A DNA stretch of 64,000 nucleotides from an uncultured virus (IMG/VR IMGVR_UViG_3300031963_000091) (lineage: Duplodnaviria > Heunggongvirae > Uroviricota > Caudoviricetes), in the IMG/VR virus record IMGVR_UViG_3300031963_000091, one strand, 5' to 3'. Shown here piece after piece: positions 20,726 to 32,800 of this stretch. How positions within the stretch are numbered: position 1 is the first letter of the stretch; every line of letters starts with the position of its first letter. The position numbers and the translations under genes were made by a program. The notes under the pieces are model-generated. The model was not told the DNA's origin and did no database searches. It saw only the letters and a list, made by a program, of their open reading frames with translations.

Positions 20726-21772
20726 TTAAATATCTATACTTCTAGATGGGCTATAGTCTCTAGCATCCGTAAATGAGTACAGATTACCATTGAATCCAAA
20801 ATCATCGTCAGCATCAACTAAAGTATCATCAGCAGCAGTTAGAAGATCAATAGAAGTGTTCTCTAGATGAGTTACTGGCGTGGTTCCGTCATAACCTCTC
20901 TTAACAGTAATCGTAATTCCATCCACAATCTCAACAATCTTCATAATCTCATCATTGATGATAATCCTATTATCAGCAGCAAGACCAGAAGATGTGCTGA
21001 CAGATATTCTTGTTTCAGTTTTTGTAAGAGGCTCTCTTAAGACCGCTGTATTATCACTATTATAATCTTTGAGTGCTTTTGGTGTAACTGTATATCTTAA
21101 TTCACGCTTTGCTGTTTCTCTATTTGTATCAGCATAGTAATCAACCTGAACCTTACGAATCAGACCATCGGTGGTATCTGCGATTGGTCCAAACATGTAA
21201 GTTTTCGCAGTAAATTGTAGTGTATAAATTAGTGCTCTTCTAGTTGAGAAATCACCCTCATAATCGTCTTGAAATGAAATATTATCAAGTACAACACTGA
21301 TATCTCTTTTTTCACCAATAGAGTCTATAAGATCAACAGTCAAATTAAATGCTGGTTGAAAGAATGGTAAGATTTGTTCAACAATCTGTAAGGCATCATC
21401 ATTTAACTTACAAAGAATATTCAGTTCAAATCCAATGTTATAAGGAACAGGCATAAAAACTTTCTTTAAGTTTGTGCCGTCAGATGCCTTAAAAGTTTGA
21501 GTTACTCCCGCTTTTCTTGTTGGATCGTACTGAATTGAATTCATCTCAAATGACATTCTTGGTAATGTGATTTGAGTTGCCTTGTTCAAGTTTGGTTGTT
21601 GCTCAATTCTAGCTAAAAACTTTTGAATTGGACCATAAGCAAGAGGAACCCTAATATCACTTATTTCACCATCACTAGAATTTCTATGTCTAATGTGAAT
21701 ATCATTAAACAAAGTACCAAAGGAAACAACAGTTCTCCTTAAGATTTCGTGATAAAAATAAGTTCCTAGCAT
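20726..21772 (-). CDS. g15: Tail sheath stabiliser/terminator gp15
   Basis: YFYHEILRRTVVSFGTLFNDI, VPLAYGPIQKFLAR and LPRMSFEM. Confidence 0.95.
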   Translation of the reverse strand: MLGTYFYHEILRRTVVSFGTLFNDIHIRHRNSSDGEISDIRVPLAYGPIQKFLARIEQQPNLNKATQITLPRMSFEMNSIQYDPTRKAGVTQTFKASDGTNLKKVFMPVPYNIGFELNILCKLNDDALQIVEQILPFFQPAFNLTVDLIDSIGEKRDISVVLDNISFQDDYEGDFSTRRALIYTLQFTAKTYMFGPIADTTDGLIRKVQVDYYADTNRETAKRELRYTVTPKALKDYNSDNTAVLREPLTKTETRISVSTSSGLAADNRIIINDEIMKIVEIVDGITITVKRGYDGTTPVTHLENTSIDLLTAADDTLVDADDDFGFNGNLYSFTDARDYSPSRSIDI

Positions 21773-23202
21773 TAGTAATTTCCAAATGGATTAGATTGTG
21801 AGAAATCTAGGAAGGTATCCGCTTCTTCTTCAATTTCGTCATTTTGATCATATTTATCATAAATGTCTCTACCATCATATGATTTAACTGTATATACGGC
21901 ATACCCATTTGATGTTGTAGCGGCAGAAACGGTTGATGATGTACCAACAATAACTTCACCGGGAATAAATCCACTAACAGTTGTTCCTATACCAACAAGA
22001 GAAACTTTAAGAACTTTAGTATCAGAATCCCAAGACTTGACCCTTCCTTCTGTTCCAGAAGTTTGGCCTCTTACAACTTCATTAAAGATATATGTACCAA
22101 CTCCAGTTATTAGTGGTGGTGAAGCAATAGTAACTGTTGGAGTATCACCAGATGTATATCCAGTTCCAGGATTTACTAGTCTTATTGAAGAGACTTGAGT
22201 GTCGGAGTTGATTACAGCTACTGCTGTTGCTGTTGTTCCTCCTCCTATTGGACCAGAAACAGTAACGAAAGGAATTGTTGAATACCCAACTCCATTATCA
22301 GATGGTGTAATAGAAATAACACCAAAGTCAGTAGTTTGTATGGAGCATGTTGCTGCTGCACCTGTTCCGCCCCCACCACTAATTGTAATGGTTGGAGGTG
22401 ATAAGTATCCGGTACCAGCATTTGTTAGAAGAATACTGTCTATGGAATACACACCAGCTTTATTTGTAGTTATAGCAACAGCAGTAGCATTTGTTCCTCC
22501 AAAAGGTGCTGTTGATATAGAAACAATAGGTGTTCCAGTATATCCACTACCGTCATTATTTAAGAATATTTGTTTGATATACCCATCGCCTTTATTAGCA
22601 GTAGCCACCGCTGTTCTACCAACCCCAATAAGATTAAGTGTTGTGATAAATCCAGTGTCTTTAATAGTCGTATCAATCTCATCAATAGAAGTATCAAGAA
22701 CTTCATCTTCATATTCAAAGAGTTCACATTTCAGTTCATAAACATAATTTTTACCTAATTGATAAAATGGTTGCTCATGTTCAACGAACTTAACCTCAAA
22801 TAATCTTTGACCAAGTGGGAAATAGACAAGATCTCCTTCACGAGGTCTGGTTGATAATTCTATTTCACTTTCTGGAAGTGCTGCTAAAAAAGATGCGATA
22901 AAATCCTCAAATCTCTCCTTTGATATTGTTATAGTTAACTCATCTCTTAAACTCATTCCAAATTTTGTTAGAATGTCTCCAGCTCCCGTATGCCCCTCAT
23001 AGGTGTTAACATATGCCTCAATTAAGAAATTATCATCAAATGCTGAAGATTGAATTTCTTCAATAATTGTTTGTTTTCTTACAAATTTTCTTGGTATATA
23101 AGTGACTTCAACACCGTAGATTGTCAACTGTTCGTTGATTAAATCTTGTACGAGTCTCTGCTCGCTTGGTGATCCTTGTAGAAAGAAGGGATTAAGTGCC
23201 AT
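21772..23202 (-). CDS. g14: Neck protein gp14 with internal Gly/Thr-rich repeats
   Basis: MALNPFFLQG, RPREGDLVYFP and FVEHEQPFYQLGK; C-terminal DFSQSNPFG. Confidence 0.95.
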   Translation of the reverse strand: MALNPFFLQGSPSEQRLVQDLINEQLTIYGVEVTYIPRKFVRKQTIIEEIQSSAFDDNFLIEAYVNTYEGHTGAGDILTKFGMSLRDELTITISKERFEDFIASFLAALPESEIELSTRPREGDLVYFPLGQRLFEVKFVEHEQPFYQLGKNYVYELKCELFEYEDEVLDTSIDEIDTTIKDTGFITTLNLIGVGRTAVATANKGDGYIKQIFLNNDGSGYTGTPIVSISTAPFGGTNATAVAITTNKAGVYSIDSILLTNAGTGYLSPPTITISGGGGTGAAATCSIQTTDFGVISITPSDNGVGYSTIPFVTVSGPIGGGTTATAVAVINSDTQVSSIRLVNPGTGYTSGDTPTVTIASPPLITGVGTYIFNEVVRGQTSGTEGRVKSWDSDTKVLKVSLVGIGTTVSGFIPGEVIVGTSSTVSAATTSNGYAVYTVKSYDGRDIYDKYDQNDEIEEEADTFLDFSQSNPFGNY

Positions 23203-24047
23203 TATCCAATAAAGTCGTAAGGTGGTAGTTCGTATTCAAGTGCCATCGTCTGTTTGATGCTTTCTAATTCTCTTTCAGCATCTTCGTAAATTTCTCTACC
23301 ATTAAGTTCAATTCCTCCAGGAAGTTTAACTCCCCTAAACTTAATTAAATTTTGTCCCCATTGCCTCTTAATCAAAGCAGTTAAGTATTTTTTAATAAAA
23401 CTGTCATTATAAACATTTGTGTAAGAATCTGGATCTAATATCCTATAACAATCAATAACAAGATATGTATCTAAAGATTGTGCTCCCCAATCAATATCAA
23501 GATACAACCTGTCTTGTCTTTTGTTATACCTAATTTGTTTGTCTGTTGTTAGTAAAAAGTCAATATCTTCTAGATAAGACTTTACCATAGCATACTGTAA
23601 CAACTCAACAGAATTAAAATAGTACAGGTCATTCAAAAACAACTGATATTTGATACTAAACATTCCACCAGATATTGAACTAGTATCAAACTTAAATACT
23701 TTCTCTATTCCTATCACAGAGTCTGGAACTTGAATAAAATTGGAAGTTTCATAAAAATTTGAAGTAACAGTTCCATAACCACTAATATTAGTAGAAGTTG
23801 CGGTTGTCGTTACTATTCCCACACCGTTTGTATTTTTTGCTCTTCCTCTATCTAAATCTGCTTGAGTTAGTTTATATTTTAGGTACATCCTTTCAACACC
23901 ATCAAAATGACGCTCCTGGAAGTACTGTAGGGCATCATCCACCAAATCATCTATTTGGTCATCATCAACATTAATTTCCAATACAGGAGCACCTAGCCTC
24001 CTTAAACAGTAATCAATGAGTTGTTGTCTAGATGCTGGTTTCGCCAT
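23202..24047 (-). CDS. g13: Neck protein gp13
   Basis: YCLRRLGAPVLEINVDDDQ and KRQWGQNLIKFRGVKLPGG. Confidence 0.96.
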   Translation of the reverse strand: MAKPASRQQLIDYCLRRLGAPVLEINVDDDQIDDLVDDALQYFQERHFDGVERMYLKYKLTQADLDRGRAKNTNGVGIVTTTATSTNISGYGTVTSNFYETSNFIQVPDSVIGIEKVFKFDTSSISGGMFSIKYQLFLNDLYYFNSVELLQYAMVKSYLEDIDFLLTTDKQIRYNKRQDRLYLDIDWGAQSLDTYLVIDCYRILDPDSYTNVYNDSFIKKYLTALIKRQWGQNLIKFRGVKLPGGIELNGREIYEDAERELESIKQTMALEYELPPYDFIG

Positions 24048-24050
24048 TTT

Positions 24051-24236
24051 TTACTGTTCCTCTGATTGGTTAGAAAGCAATAGTTCATTATATTTTTCCT
24101 GCAGTTCCAAATAATCTTGAGATAGAGTTTGTACTTTTGCTTCTAATAAAACATTTTGGTTTGTTAGTGTTGATAGTCTTTGATTATATAATTTAATCAA
24201 AACATTCACATCAACTTCATTATTTTGAGTAGTCAT
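24051..24236 (-). CDS. Small coiled-coil hypothetical protein
   Basis: 61-aa heptad-like ORF immediately upstream of g13. Confidence 0.7.
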   Translation of the reverse strand: MTTQNNEVDVNVLIKLYNQRLSTLTNQNVLLEAKVQTLSQDYLELQEKYNELLLSNQSEEQ

Positions 24237-24239
24237 AAA

Positions 24240-25922
24240 TTAGAATGTTCCTCCATCCAGAGTTGAAGTCCAAGTTGGTTTATTTGTATATATTACGGTA
24301 ACCGTGGTTGGGATTAGAGCCATCGTAGTTCCATTTTGTAGTAAATTATTAGATGTGTCAAAAGTTCCCTCAACACCAACAAGAGTGATTGTAGTTCCGC
24401 TAGTTGTTGTTTTTACAACACCATAAGCATTTGATGTTTCTTGACGAATCAAATCACCGGCAGTAACTGATGCTGAACTACCAACAGTTAAGTTAACCTC
24501 AGTGATAGCAGTTAATATCTGCTTTGATGTAATAGTTGGTGATGATGGATTGTTTGTTGAAGTTTGAAGTCCATCAACATCAAAATACACAACACCATGC
24601 GTGTTAAAATCACCTGTCTGGTAGTAAATACCTTTAACATCAAGATATCCTCTTGTTCCAGTTACAATGCCTGGAGATGTAATTATGGCATCAGGAATGT
24701 ATGTCCAAGATCTTGCAGTAGCAGCACTGCCAACATTATTGCCATCAATGTAACCAAAAAATCCAGTTTTACTATTAGCGGTTCCTACGCCAGTATTATA
24801 ATCAAAGGCAACACCTCTATCTGTGTTGGTGTCAAAGGCATGGGTGATTGTTAACTGTGTAGTTGTGGTAATACCTGCAGAAGTAGTACCCTCAATTGTA
24901 ACAATTTTTGTTGTAGTATTATACGCAGTAATAGTAGTCAGACCACTATTGGGTAATGAAGCACTTCCTTGAATAAGGTCGCCAGTATTAATACCCGCTA
25001 CTGAGTCAAGAGTAATGGTTGAAACACCAGTAAGAACTGGTGCCATTACAGTTCTCTTGCTTGTTACATCACCAAGAACAATAATTGGGTCGTTGATTGA
25101 TACAACTGTAGAGTTTACAGATGTGGTTGTACCATCAACTTGTAAGTCTCCTTTAATAACGACAGTGCCTTCATTGCTCAATCCATCTGGATATGGATCA
25201 ATATAAAGAACTCCACTTGATCCAGGAACAGTTGATATAATATTTTGCTCAACTTTTATATCACCAATTGTTACACTTCCAGTGAAAGTTGAAACACCAG
25301 CAATGGTGGCATTTCCACCTACATTTAAGTTTTTCTCAATACCAACTCCACCTTCAACAACTAAAGCACCGTTGTCTTTTGATGTTGAATCGGTTACATC
25401 ACCAATGTTGATGGCAACACCATCAGCAAATGCCCAGTCAGCACCCTCAATCTCAAATCTATTATCTGTTGCTTCGTCGTATCTTAATTTTACATCCTTA
25501 TCATCACCAAAACTGAGATAAGTATCATCAACAATATTGATTTCACCAGTTCCATTTGGATCTAGGACAATATCACCATCTGTATTTTGGGATGAAAATG
25601 TATTTCCGTCTAATCTTAGATTATCAACATTCCATTGGTCTACTTTTCTATTGTTGTCAAGAATAACAACTATACCACCATCACTATTTCTAGTATTAGT
25701 TACACCAGCAACTGTTCCAGGAACATGGTCCATCATGGACGTATAATAACGTCCACCAACACTTAAAACATTAGTACCATCATCACCGATATAAACTCTA
25801 TCTCGGTTCTGGTTATTACCTGTGGCACTACCAATACCAGTTACAATTGCTAATTCACCCCATTGTAGACTTCCAGGTAAACTAGTACCAGAGGATCTTT
25901 TAATCCTGATAATACTTGCCAT
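24240..25922 (-). CDS. Putative fibre/structural protein
   Basis: MASIIRIKRS...GELA fibre-type N-terminus, GALVVEGGVGIEKNLNVGG motif and C-terminal LDGGTF. Confidence 0.7.
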   Translation of the reverse strand: MASIIRIKRSSGTSLPGSLQWGELAIVTGIGSATGNNQNRDRVYIGDDGTNVLSVGGRYYTSMMDHVPGTVAGVTNTRNSDGGIVVILDNNRKVDQWNVDNLRLDGNTFSSQNTDGDIVLDPNGTGEINIVDDTYLSFGDDKDVKLRYDEATDNRFEIEGADWAFADGVAINIGDVTDSTSKDNGALVVEGGVGIEKNLNVGGNATIAGVSTFTGSVTIGDIKVEQNIISTVPGSSGVLYIDPYPDGLSNEGTVVIKGDLQVDGTTTSVNSTVVSINDPIIVLGDVTSKRTVMAPVLTGVSTITLDSVAGINTGDLIQGSASLPNSGLTTITAYNTTTKIVTIEGTTSAGITTTTQLTITHAFDTNTDRGVAFDYNTGVGTANSKTGFFGYIDGNNVGSAATARSWTYIPDAIITSPGIVTGTRGYLDVKGIYYQTGDFNTHGVVYFDVDGLQTSTNNPSSPTITSKQILTAITEVNLTVGSSASVTAGDLIRQETSNAYGVVKTTTSGTTITLVGVEGTFDTSNNLLQNGTTMALIPTTVTVIYTNKPTWTSTLDGGTF

Positions 25923-26152
25923 TAAAAGCTACCTCCGTTGATGTCTAAATTCTGTGATGTTCCTGGGGTTAATTCTAATGTTGCGTCCCACTTTGATGTT
26001 GTTGAGTTATACACAAGAACCATTCCGTTTAAAAGAGCTGGTGGTAAATTAACGTCTGTTAGATCACCTAAAGAAATATCTTTAGTTCCTGCCAATGACG
26101 AGACGACTTTGACAGCATTTTGTGCACCGACTCTAACTCTGATGTCTGCCAT
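25922..26152 (-). CDS. Small structural protein
   Basis: LGDLTDV...GMVLVYNSTTSKW...INGGSF fibre-associated motifs; TAATG-coupled on both sides. Confidence 0.7.
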   Translation of the reverse strand: MADIRVRVGAQNAVKVVSSLAGTKDISLGDLTDVNLPPALLNGMVLVYNSTTSKWDATLELTPGTSQNLDINGGSF

Positions 26153-26493
26153 TAGCGAGTTACTCCTTCTCTAACGAGAACAGATCCTTCAACAACTCTA
26201 GTAATCACTCCAGCATTATCTGTTATAAGAACATCATATACATAACGACCTGGTTTTAATGAGGCGGTTGTTGTAGTTCCCAATCCAACTCTAATTGTTC
26301 CAGCAGTGCTATTTAAAACAGCGGAACTAAAAGTTGTATATGACGAACTACCAGCATGTTTTCTCATTTGAGCGGAAACTGTGTATCCACTCAAATTTAA
26401 AATAGAACTAGAATCACTATTCTCTAATGAAAATGTTTGAGTAAATGTAGTACCAGTGTTGACGACTAGATTACTTACATAAACGGCTGCCAT
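26152..26493 (-). CDS. Putative structural protein (Ig-like/baseplate-associated)
   Basis: NLSGYTVSAQMRK...LKPGRYVYDV; late promoter TATAAATA at 26521-26528. Confidence 0.7.
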   Translation of the reverse strand: MAAVYVSNLVVNTGTTFTQTFSLENSDSSSILNLSGYTVSAQMRKHAGSSSYTTFSSAVLNSTAGTIRVGLGTTTTASLKPGRYVYDVLITDNAGVITRVVEGSVLVREGVTR

Positions 26494-26523
26494 TTATAAA
26501 ATTTTTCAGGATCTAAAATATAT

Positions 26524-26703
26524 TTATACTGGACCAAATCCAAGATCTTGAATAACTTCCTGTTGCTTCATGTATAATTTAATTGAGGTCTTTAACATAT
26601 CTTTAAGTTTTTCAATATCAGTACAGTCATCAATTTCTCTAGACTGCATTTCATATTCAAAAAGTTTATTAATATCTTCAAGTTTAATTTGATTTGGATC
26701 CAT
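26524..26703 (-). CDS. NblA-like helical microprotein, 59 aa; not in ORF track
   Basis: Hand translation MDPNQIKLEDINKLFEYEMQSREIDDCTDIEKLKDMLKTSIKLYMKQQEVIQDLGFGPV*; AGGAG Shine-Dalgarno upstream; two-helix pattern. The ORF is solid, the NblA call is tentative. Confidence 0.55.
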   Translation of the reverse strand: MDPNQIKLEDINKLFEYEMQSREIDDCTDIEKLKDMLKTSIKLYMKQQEVIQDLGFGPV

Positions 26704-26890
26704 TGAGAATCTCCTTTAGTAAAGACTTAATTTCATCAATATCATTTTTTATTTTATCTAGTTCTTCTTTCTGGTGCTGTTTTTCAGATTTCATTTTAAT
26801 ATACTGAGTATATCCATGAGTATCATAATTTACAATAGCACCAGATTTTTCATCTCGGTAAAGATTTTTATGCCCTTCAACTGGAATCAT
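26684..26890 (-). CDS. Conserved hypothetical protein
   Basis: MIPVEGHKNLYRDEKSGAIVN followed by a coiled coil; ATGA-coupled to the giant structural gene. Confidence 0.75.
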   Translation of the reverse strand: MIPVEGHKNLYRDEKSGAIVNYDTHGYTQYIKMKSEKQHQKEELDKIKNDIDEIKSLLKEILNGSKSN

Positions 26891-29800
26891 GCTAATGCGA
26901 TTGCTCTTAAATCTTTAAATCTTGGAGCATATGCTTCATTTGTTCCAGAATAAACAATCTTAATCACAAATCCAGTAAATTTATCTAGATTATCAACACT
27001 AAATTGATATTCCAAGAACTGATCATCTCTACTTGATACTACAAATGCATCTGCTCTACCACTATTTTTGGTAGAATCAATTACAGTTTCTCCAAATCCA
27101 TCACCATCCAAATCCTTAAGATTGTCATAACCAGGGAATAGTTCATAGGTTTGTTCAACTTCACTTGAATCTGGTCTAAAGAGTCTATAAAGAACTCTAA
27201 AGTCAGCAGAAGAGTGTCTGTAAGCAGAAACGAGAACTTTCAATGATGTTGCTGGTTGTTTTAAATCAACTCTATTTGAAATGTAAATGGCAGAGTGTGG
27301 ATCACCTGATATTAAGTTAACTCTTGAATCAGTAGAATAATTTGAAACTGGTGAGTTTAATCTGTTTCTCTCAAGAATTAGAACTCCATTTTGAGTGTCT
27401 AAAACTGGGGAAAGATTAGGATCTTGAGAACTAAATTGTACCGCTAGAGTTGTAGATCTATTTTTTGGAAGATCCGTCAATCTTGTGGTTTCATTAATTT
27501 CTGAACATACAAGTCTTGTAGAAGAAAGACGATTGATTTGATTCAATTCTACTGGTTCGTATCCTTGATCAATGAATGAAAGTTCTGATCCTCCAGCACT
27601 TGTTCCAGATACTGATCTTAATTGAGCAGATACTGATGTTGTCTCTCCTGGAGTAATTACATTGAATTGTGGAATTACGGCATTATATTGGAAGTTTTGA
27701 GAAGCAAATACATCCATTCCCCCCAAAGATCTTTCATCAGTGAAACTTAATTGACTATCTCCAGATGGTCTGTTAGATCTGTCAATTTGTAGATAATACT
27801 TATCAATATTTTTTGCTGCCTTGAGAGCAGAGTCTGTAGGCATATCGTGTGTTGTATTAATCTTTGTAAGTGATACACCATTAAGTTCATATTTGTAGCA
27901 AAGATCATTCACACCATGTGTTCTTATAGAAGAACCATCAATTCCTCTTGTTCCAATCCCAAGAGTGCCAGATCCAATGCTATTATAGTAAATAATTTCA
28001 TTATTGACTTTCAGGTATCCTGATGAGGTAGAAATTCCTTCAAATGTACCGAATGGTGTTGTGCTGGCAACAGAAATGATTGAAGCATCAAGAGCAAGAT
28101 CTGCTGTAAGAAGAATAGGTGCTCCACTTGGTTCAATGTCTGCTAAAGTAACTTTATTATTATCGGCAGTCATTCCATGATTGTAGTGATCAACTTCAAT
28201 GACTCTTCCATCATATAGATTACTGATTATAGAAGAAGATCCTCTGATATCAGTATTTGCCAAAGAGACGGCAGTAGTACCCTCATAGTAAATCAAGTCT
28301 TGACCATCAGTAAACTCTTCACCCTGAACATTAGTCAAATAAAGAGTATCAATACCATCTGTGTTAGAGACCGTTATTTTTCCACTCGTTCCTTTAACAA
28401 CACTACTTGTGGTAATTCCAAGAACATCACCAATAGAATATCCATTTCCAGGAGTTGTTATGGAGACTGAAGAAATAATATTTGAAGAAATCGTTACTAC
28501 ACCTACAGCACCAGTTCCATTACCAGTTATGCTATAGAATGGAACTCCAGTAAATGTTCCGTTAGAATAACCAACTCCAGTATTTGACAGTGATAAAGCA
28601 GAAATTTTACTTCCAGTCTTCTCAATATAACCATAAGGACCTGAAGAACTTCCCTCTCCAACTTTTCTTCCTGGATTTAGAATAGATCCAAGTGTTGTAG
28701 TTGTAGTAATACCAACTTTTAGTTTTCTTGGAAGGGTTTTAATTGGGTTTGGTAGGAGTCTTGGAGTCTGACTATTTCTTGTCCCAAGTTTTGGATTGTA
28801 GAAATAAACAGTTCCAAGATTTTGGGTAAACTGTGCTTTGTACAGTTTAAACTTAAGATCCTCAAACTGGCTAGGAGTCCAGATAGTTCCATTTTGGGAT
28901 TTGAATAGACTTCCTCCAAGATATTGTTTTGTAACAACTACACTTTCTGCATCTGGTAGATTCTGTGTGTTTACAGTTCTTTCACCCATTCTAGCAATCC
29001 AAGTTTCATAATTATTTGAGGATGGTGAAAGTATCACAATTGCGTACTCTTCTCCAGGTTGTAGATAAACTGGAGACGGGAAAGTGACTCTTGTTGCCAC
29101 TGATCCGTCAGTTGAAGTATTAACTTGATTTGGTTCAAGTGTAACTCTTGCAAAATCTTGAACTAACTGATCTGTAGGAGTACCAAGTTCTACAGTTCTT
29201 AACTCAACAGTTACCTTTTCATTTTCGTCTTTACTTGCAAAGAACAGATCAAGAGAAGTTAAGAAAGCACCAGTTTCATCAACGGTAAATGTTTGTGCTA
29301 ATGGATCCTTTCCTCCTCCGCGATTTTGTGGTGGTGTTGGTGGTGGTGGGGGTGGTCTTCTAACAATAACTGTTGTTTGTCTAAATGTGTCAACTATTCC
29401 ACTAGTTGAATATGAAGTCTCACCGCTACTAATAAGCAGACTTCCAGGTAATGGAGTTGCGTTAGTTGAGCTTGAAGTTAATTTAAATGTCTTTGTTCCA
29501 GTTCTAAATCTTAATGTTGGTGGAGGCGATGCCAAAGGATCTCTAAAGAAGAATGCTCCACCAAGATCACCAAAAGTATCAGAAACTAAACGAATGTTTG
29601 AAACTGATGCTTGAGCGCCACTTGTTCTTCCAACTAAAACTGTACCAATCGTCAAATAACCACTAAATCTTCCTTGTGCTTCTTCTGACAATGAAGATAC
29701 ATCAACATTCAATACTGTTGAAGACGCAGAATATGATGTCGGTAAACTAATTGATGTATTATATGGATTAGCATTAAATGTAGTTGCTGGATTGTTGATA

Positions 29801-32800
29801 TCACCAGTTTTATGATTTGGTTGGCAAGTTCTAAATGTTATTACTCTAGTTCCACCAATGAATCCATCTACAGTTTCACCATTCTGGAAAATACCAGATG
29901 TCATTGAAACTTCTAACAACTTTGGAATAATATCAATTCCACTGGTGCTATCAAAGAATGGATAGTATCTTGTAATTGGTTTTAATCCACCAGCACCAAA
30001 CGCAACATTTCTAGAACGAATGTGTGTATCTGGTTCACTACTGATCTTGATAGTCTCTACATATGAACCGTCAAAGTCTCCAGTAATTGTTCTTTCACCA
30101 CCGCTTACAAATATATTTCTAACCCAATTATCAGATGCTGGTGAAAGTTCCACGCGACCAATAAATTCAATCATATTGAATGGGTTAACATTTTCTACTC
30201 TAGATGCTAGAGGTTGTTCAATCCATCCAGTTTCTTCATAGTCTAATGTAACAAGGTCACCAGTTTTTCTAACATTAGAATCTAGTAATTCTAAATTAGC
30301 AGAAAAATCAGCAGTTTCTGTATTAATTGATGGTAGAAGAGAAAGTTCTGGTTTTAGAGAATAAAAATCAAGAGGTGTGTTAAGTTCTTGATTATTTACA
30401 TCAACATCACACTTACAGTCTGGATTTAAAATATCAAGAAGATTATTATTTTTGAAATCATCTACAAAGAATCCAGATTTAAATCTAGATAAACCATCAG
30501 CATCTTGAATTTGTAGTGTTTTTGTATCAAGTTCAAGTAAACTTAATGAAGTTACAACTTCAAGATTCGTAATTCTATCATCTAGTTTTCCAATATCTCT
30601 CATTGTATATCTTCTATTATCAACGAGAGTTATGACCGCATCATCTGGGTTGTAAAGATATGCTGGAAGTCTGATGGTAGCAATGTCCATCGCACTTTCA
30701 ACATTTGTTGGTTCTTTAGGATCTAAAGAAGAAACACCTTTGATTAGAGAGAAATTGCCTAGAGTGTCTAAAACAATCTTATCAATTCTTGGCAAGTAAT
30801 AACTATATCCAACAAGAGAACTTTCATTTGGGGTTACAACTAGAGATGGATTATTTCCAGAAGTACCAAATGTTCTACTTGAAAATGCAAATGGTGATGA
30901 AGTTGTAGATGTAAATGCTGAAACTCTTGGTCTAAAATCTAGAGTATCGGAAGATCTCAAATTATTTCTTAAGATAGGTATATCTTTAGTGAATCTTTCC
31001 TGATCATATGACTCTACTGTATATAAGTCACCCAAATCGTTCGCAGGAACAGTATAGTAATTATATACTACTAATAATTTTCTAGTTGGTTCTGGGAAAT
31101 TGATTTTTCTGACAATCTTTGAATAATCATAATATTGTTCTTTTTGTCCTTTATCTAACTCAAATCTATTGGTTATATTTAAATAATTTCCTACAGTTAT
31201 TGATTGGATATTTGATACAATATTTGATTCTTCAAAAGTAACTGTTTCACCTACGGAAAATGTCTGTGGGGTTAAGTAGCAAATTTCAACTTCAGTAGAT
31301 GATGATCTTGTTGCAAGTTGTGCTATAGCACCGCTTGTAGATCCTACAATTCTTTCACCCAATATTGAGTTAGTGTCTAATGAAAGACCAGAAACAAAGG
31401 TTAGTTTGTCTAGTGTTGGGTTTGAAGTATCTAGAGATTCAAAGATCCCAACAACATTGACTACATCAGGAACATTTAAAGATATTTCTTTATCTTGAAC
31501 TCTTAATCCATAGAATTGACTTGTGCTTAATCCACTTAAAGCAGTTGAAATGCCAGAAACACTCTTATCAATAATAACTTTTTGACTTCTGATAAAATCT
31601 TTTTGCTTATTTCTAATAAGATTTTTTCTTACTGTCGTGTTGACAGTAACATTTGAAGATTGACTAGTTCTTAATCCAGAAAGAACAACTTGAGATCCAT
31701 TTGAATTTAGAACAAATTGATCACTGGTTAAATCTTCAATATCACCATTGGAATAGTGTACAGAATATCTTTCTGCATCAAAAGTTTCAAAGAAAGCACT
31801 TGAAATTCCAGTAGAAGTTATATCCAGACTCAATGACCCGATAGAATCCGTTGATAACTCACGAAGTTGACTTGTAACTAATAGATTTGAATTTGCTAAA
31901 CTTACATCAGAAATATTTGACGCATCTAATGGAGCATAAAGTCCAGAACTTTCATTATCACTAATATTTGGTACACCTATTGAAAATGTAACAGATTGGT
32001 TGGTGGATGGTAACCCACCATTACATACACCAAAAACACTGGAAACACCAGCAACTGTCATTGTCAATCCATCACTAGAAACGGAAACAACTCTATTATA
32101 TGTTTCGGTTGTTAAACCAGATACTTGATATCTGATAATGCTGTCACTTCTAATTCCTAAAAAGTTCTTTCCTGGGCAGGTAACTGTACCAGCACCTGTT
32201 CCTCCAGTAATAGTTAATCTGTCAGTAATATTAAAACCATATGGAACTGATCTTTGTAAAACAGCATCCGCTACAAAAGATGTCTTAATTCCTGATGATA
32301 CAGAAGTTGAGTTTTGGAAGATCGACTTAACATCTTGTGTTCCATAAACTTTTACAGAATTAATACTTCTAGTATATTCTGAAGTCTCATTAATAAGAAT
32401 TTGTTCTCCAGCAATGAAAGAACCAGAAGTTTGAGTTAGAGTAAGTTCAGTTCCAGAAGCATCAGTAACAACATATCCAGAAGCTCCGCTACTAACACCT
32501 CTAATAAATGAAGATGCTGGGCACTGACTAGAATTTAAACTCTGATTTAAAGTTAATTTAGTGTATGTTTGTACATCAAAAAGATATAATTCCCATTCTG
32601 TACCATCATTTGAATATGGAGCATCACTTAAACTGAATGAATATACTCTTGCTTGACCAATTTCAGTGCCAGTTCCAGAAGCTTCTGATGCCTTTCTTTG
32701 GTTATAGAATGATACTGTATTATTATTTGTATTAATGCCAACAAATGGGGTGCCAGTAACATTATTTACTCTTAACAAATTACCCATTTCAAATGGAACC

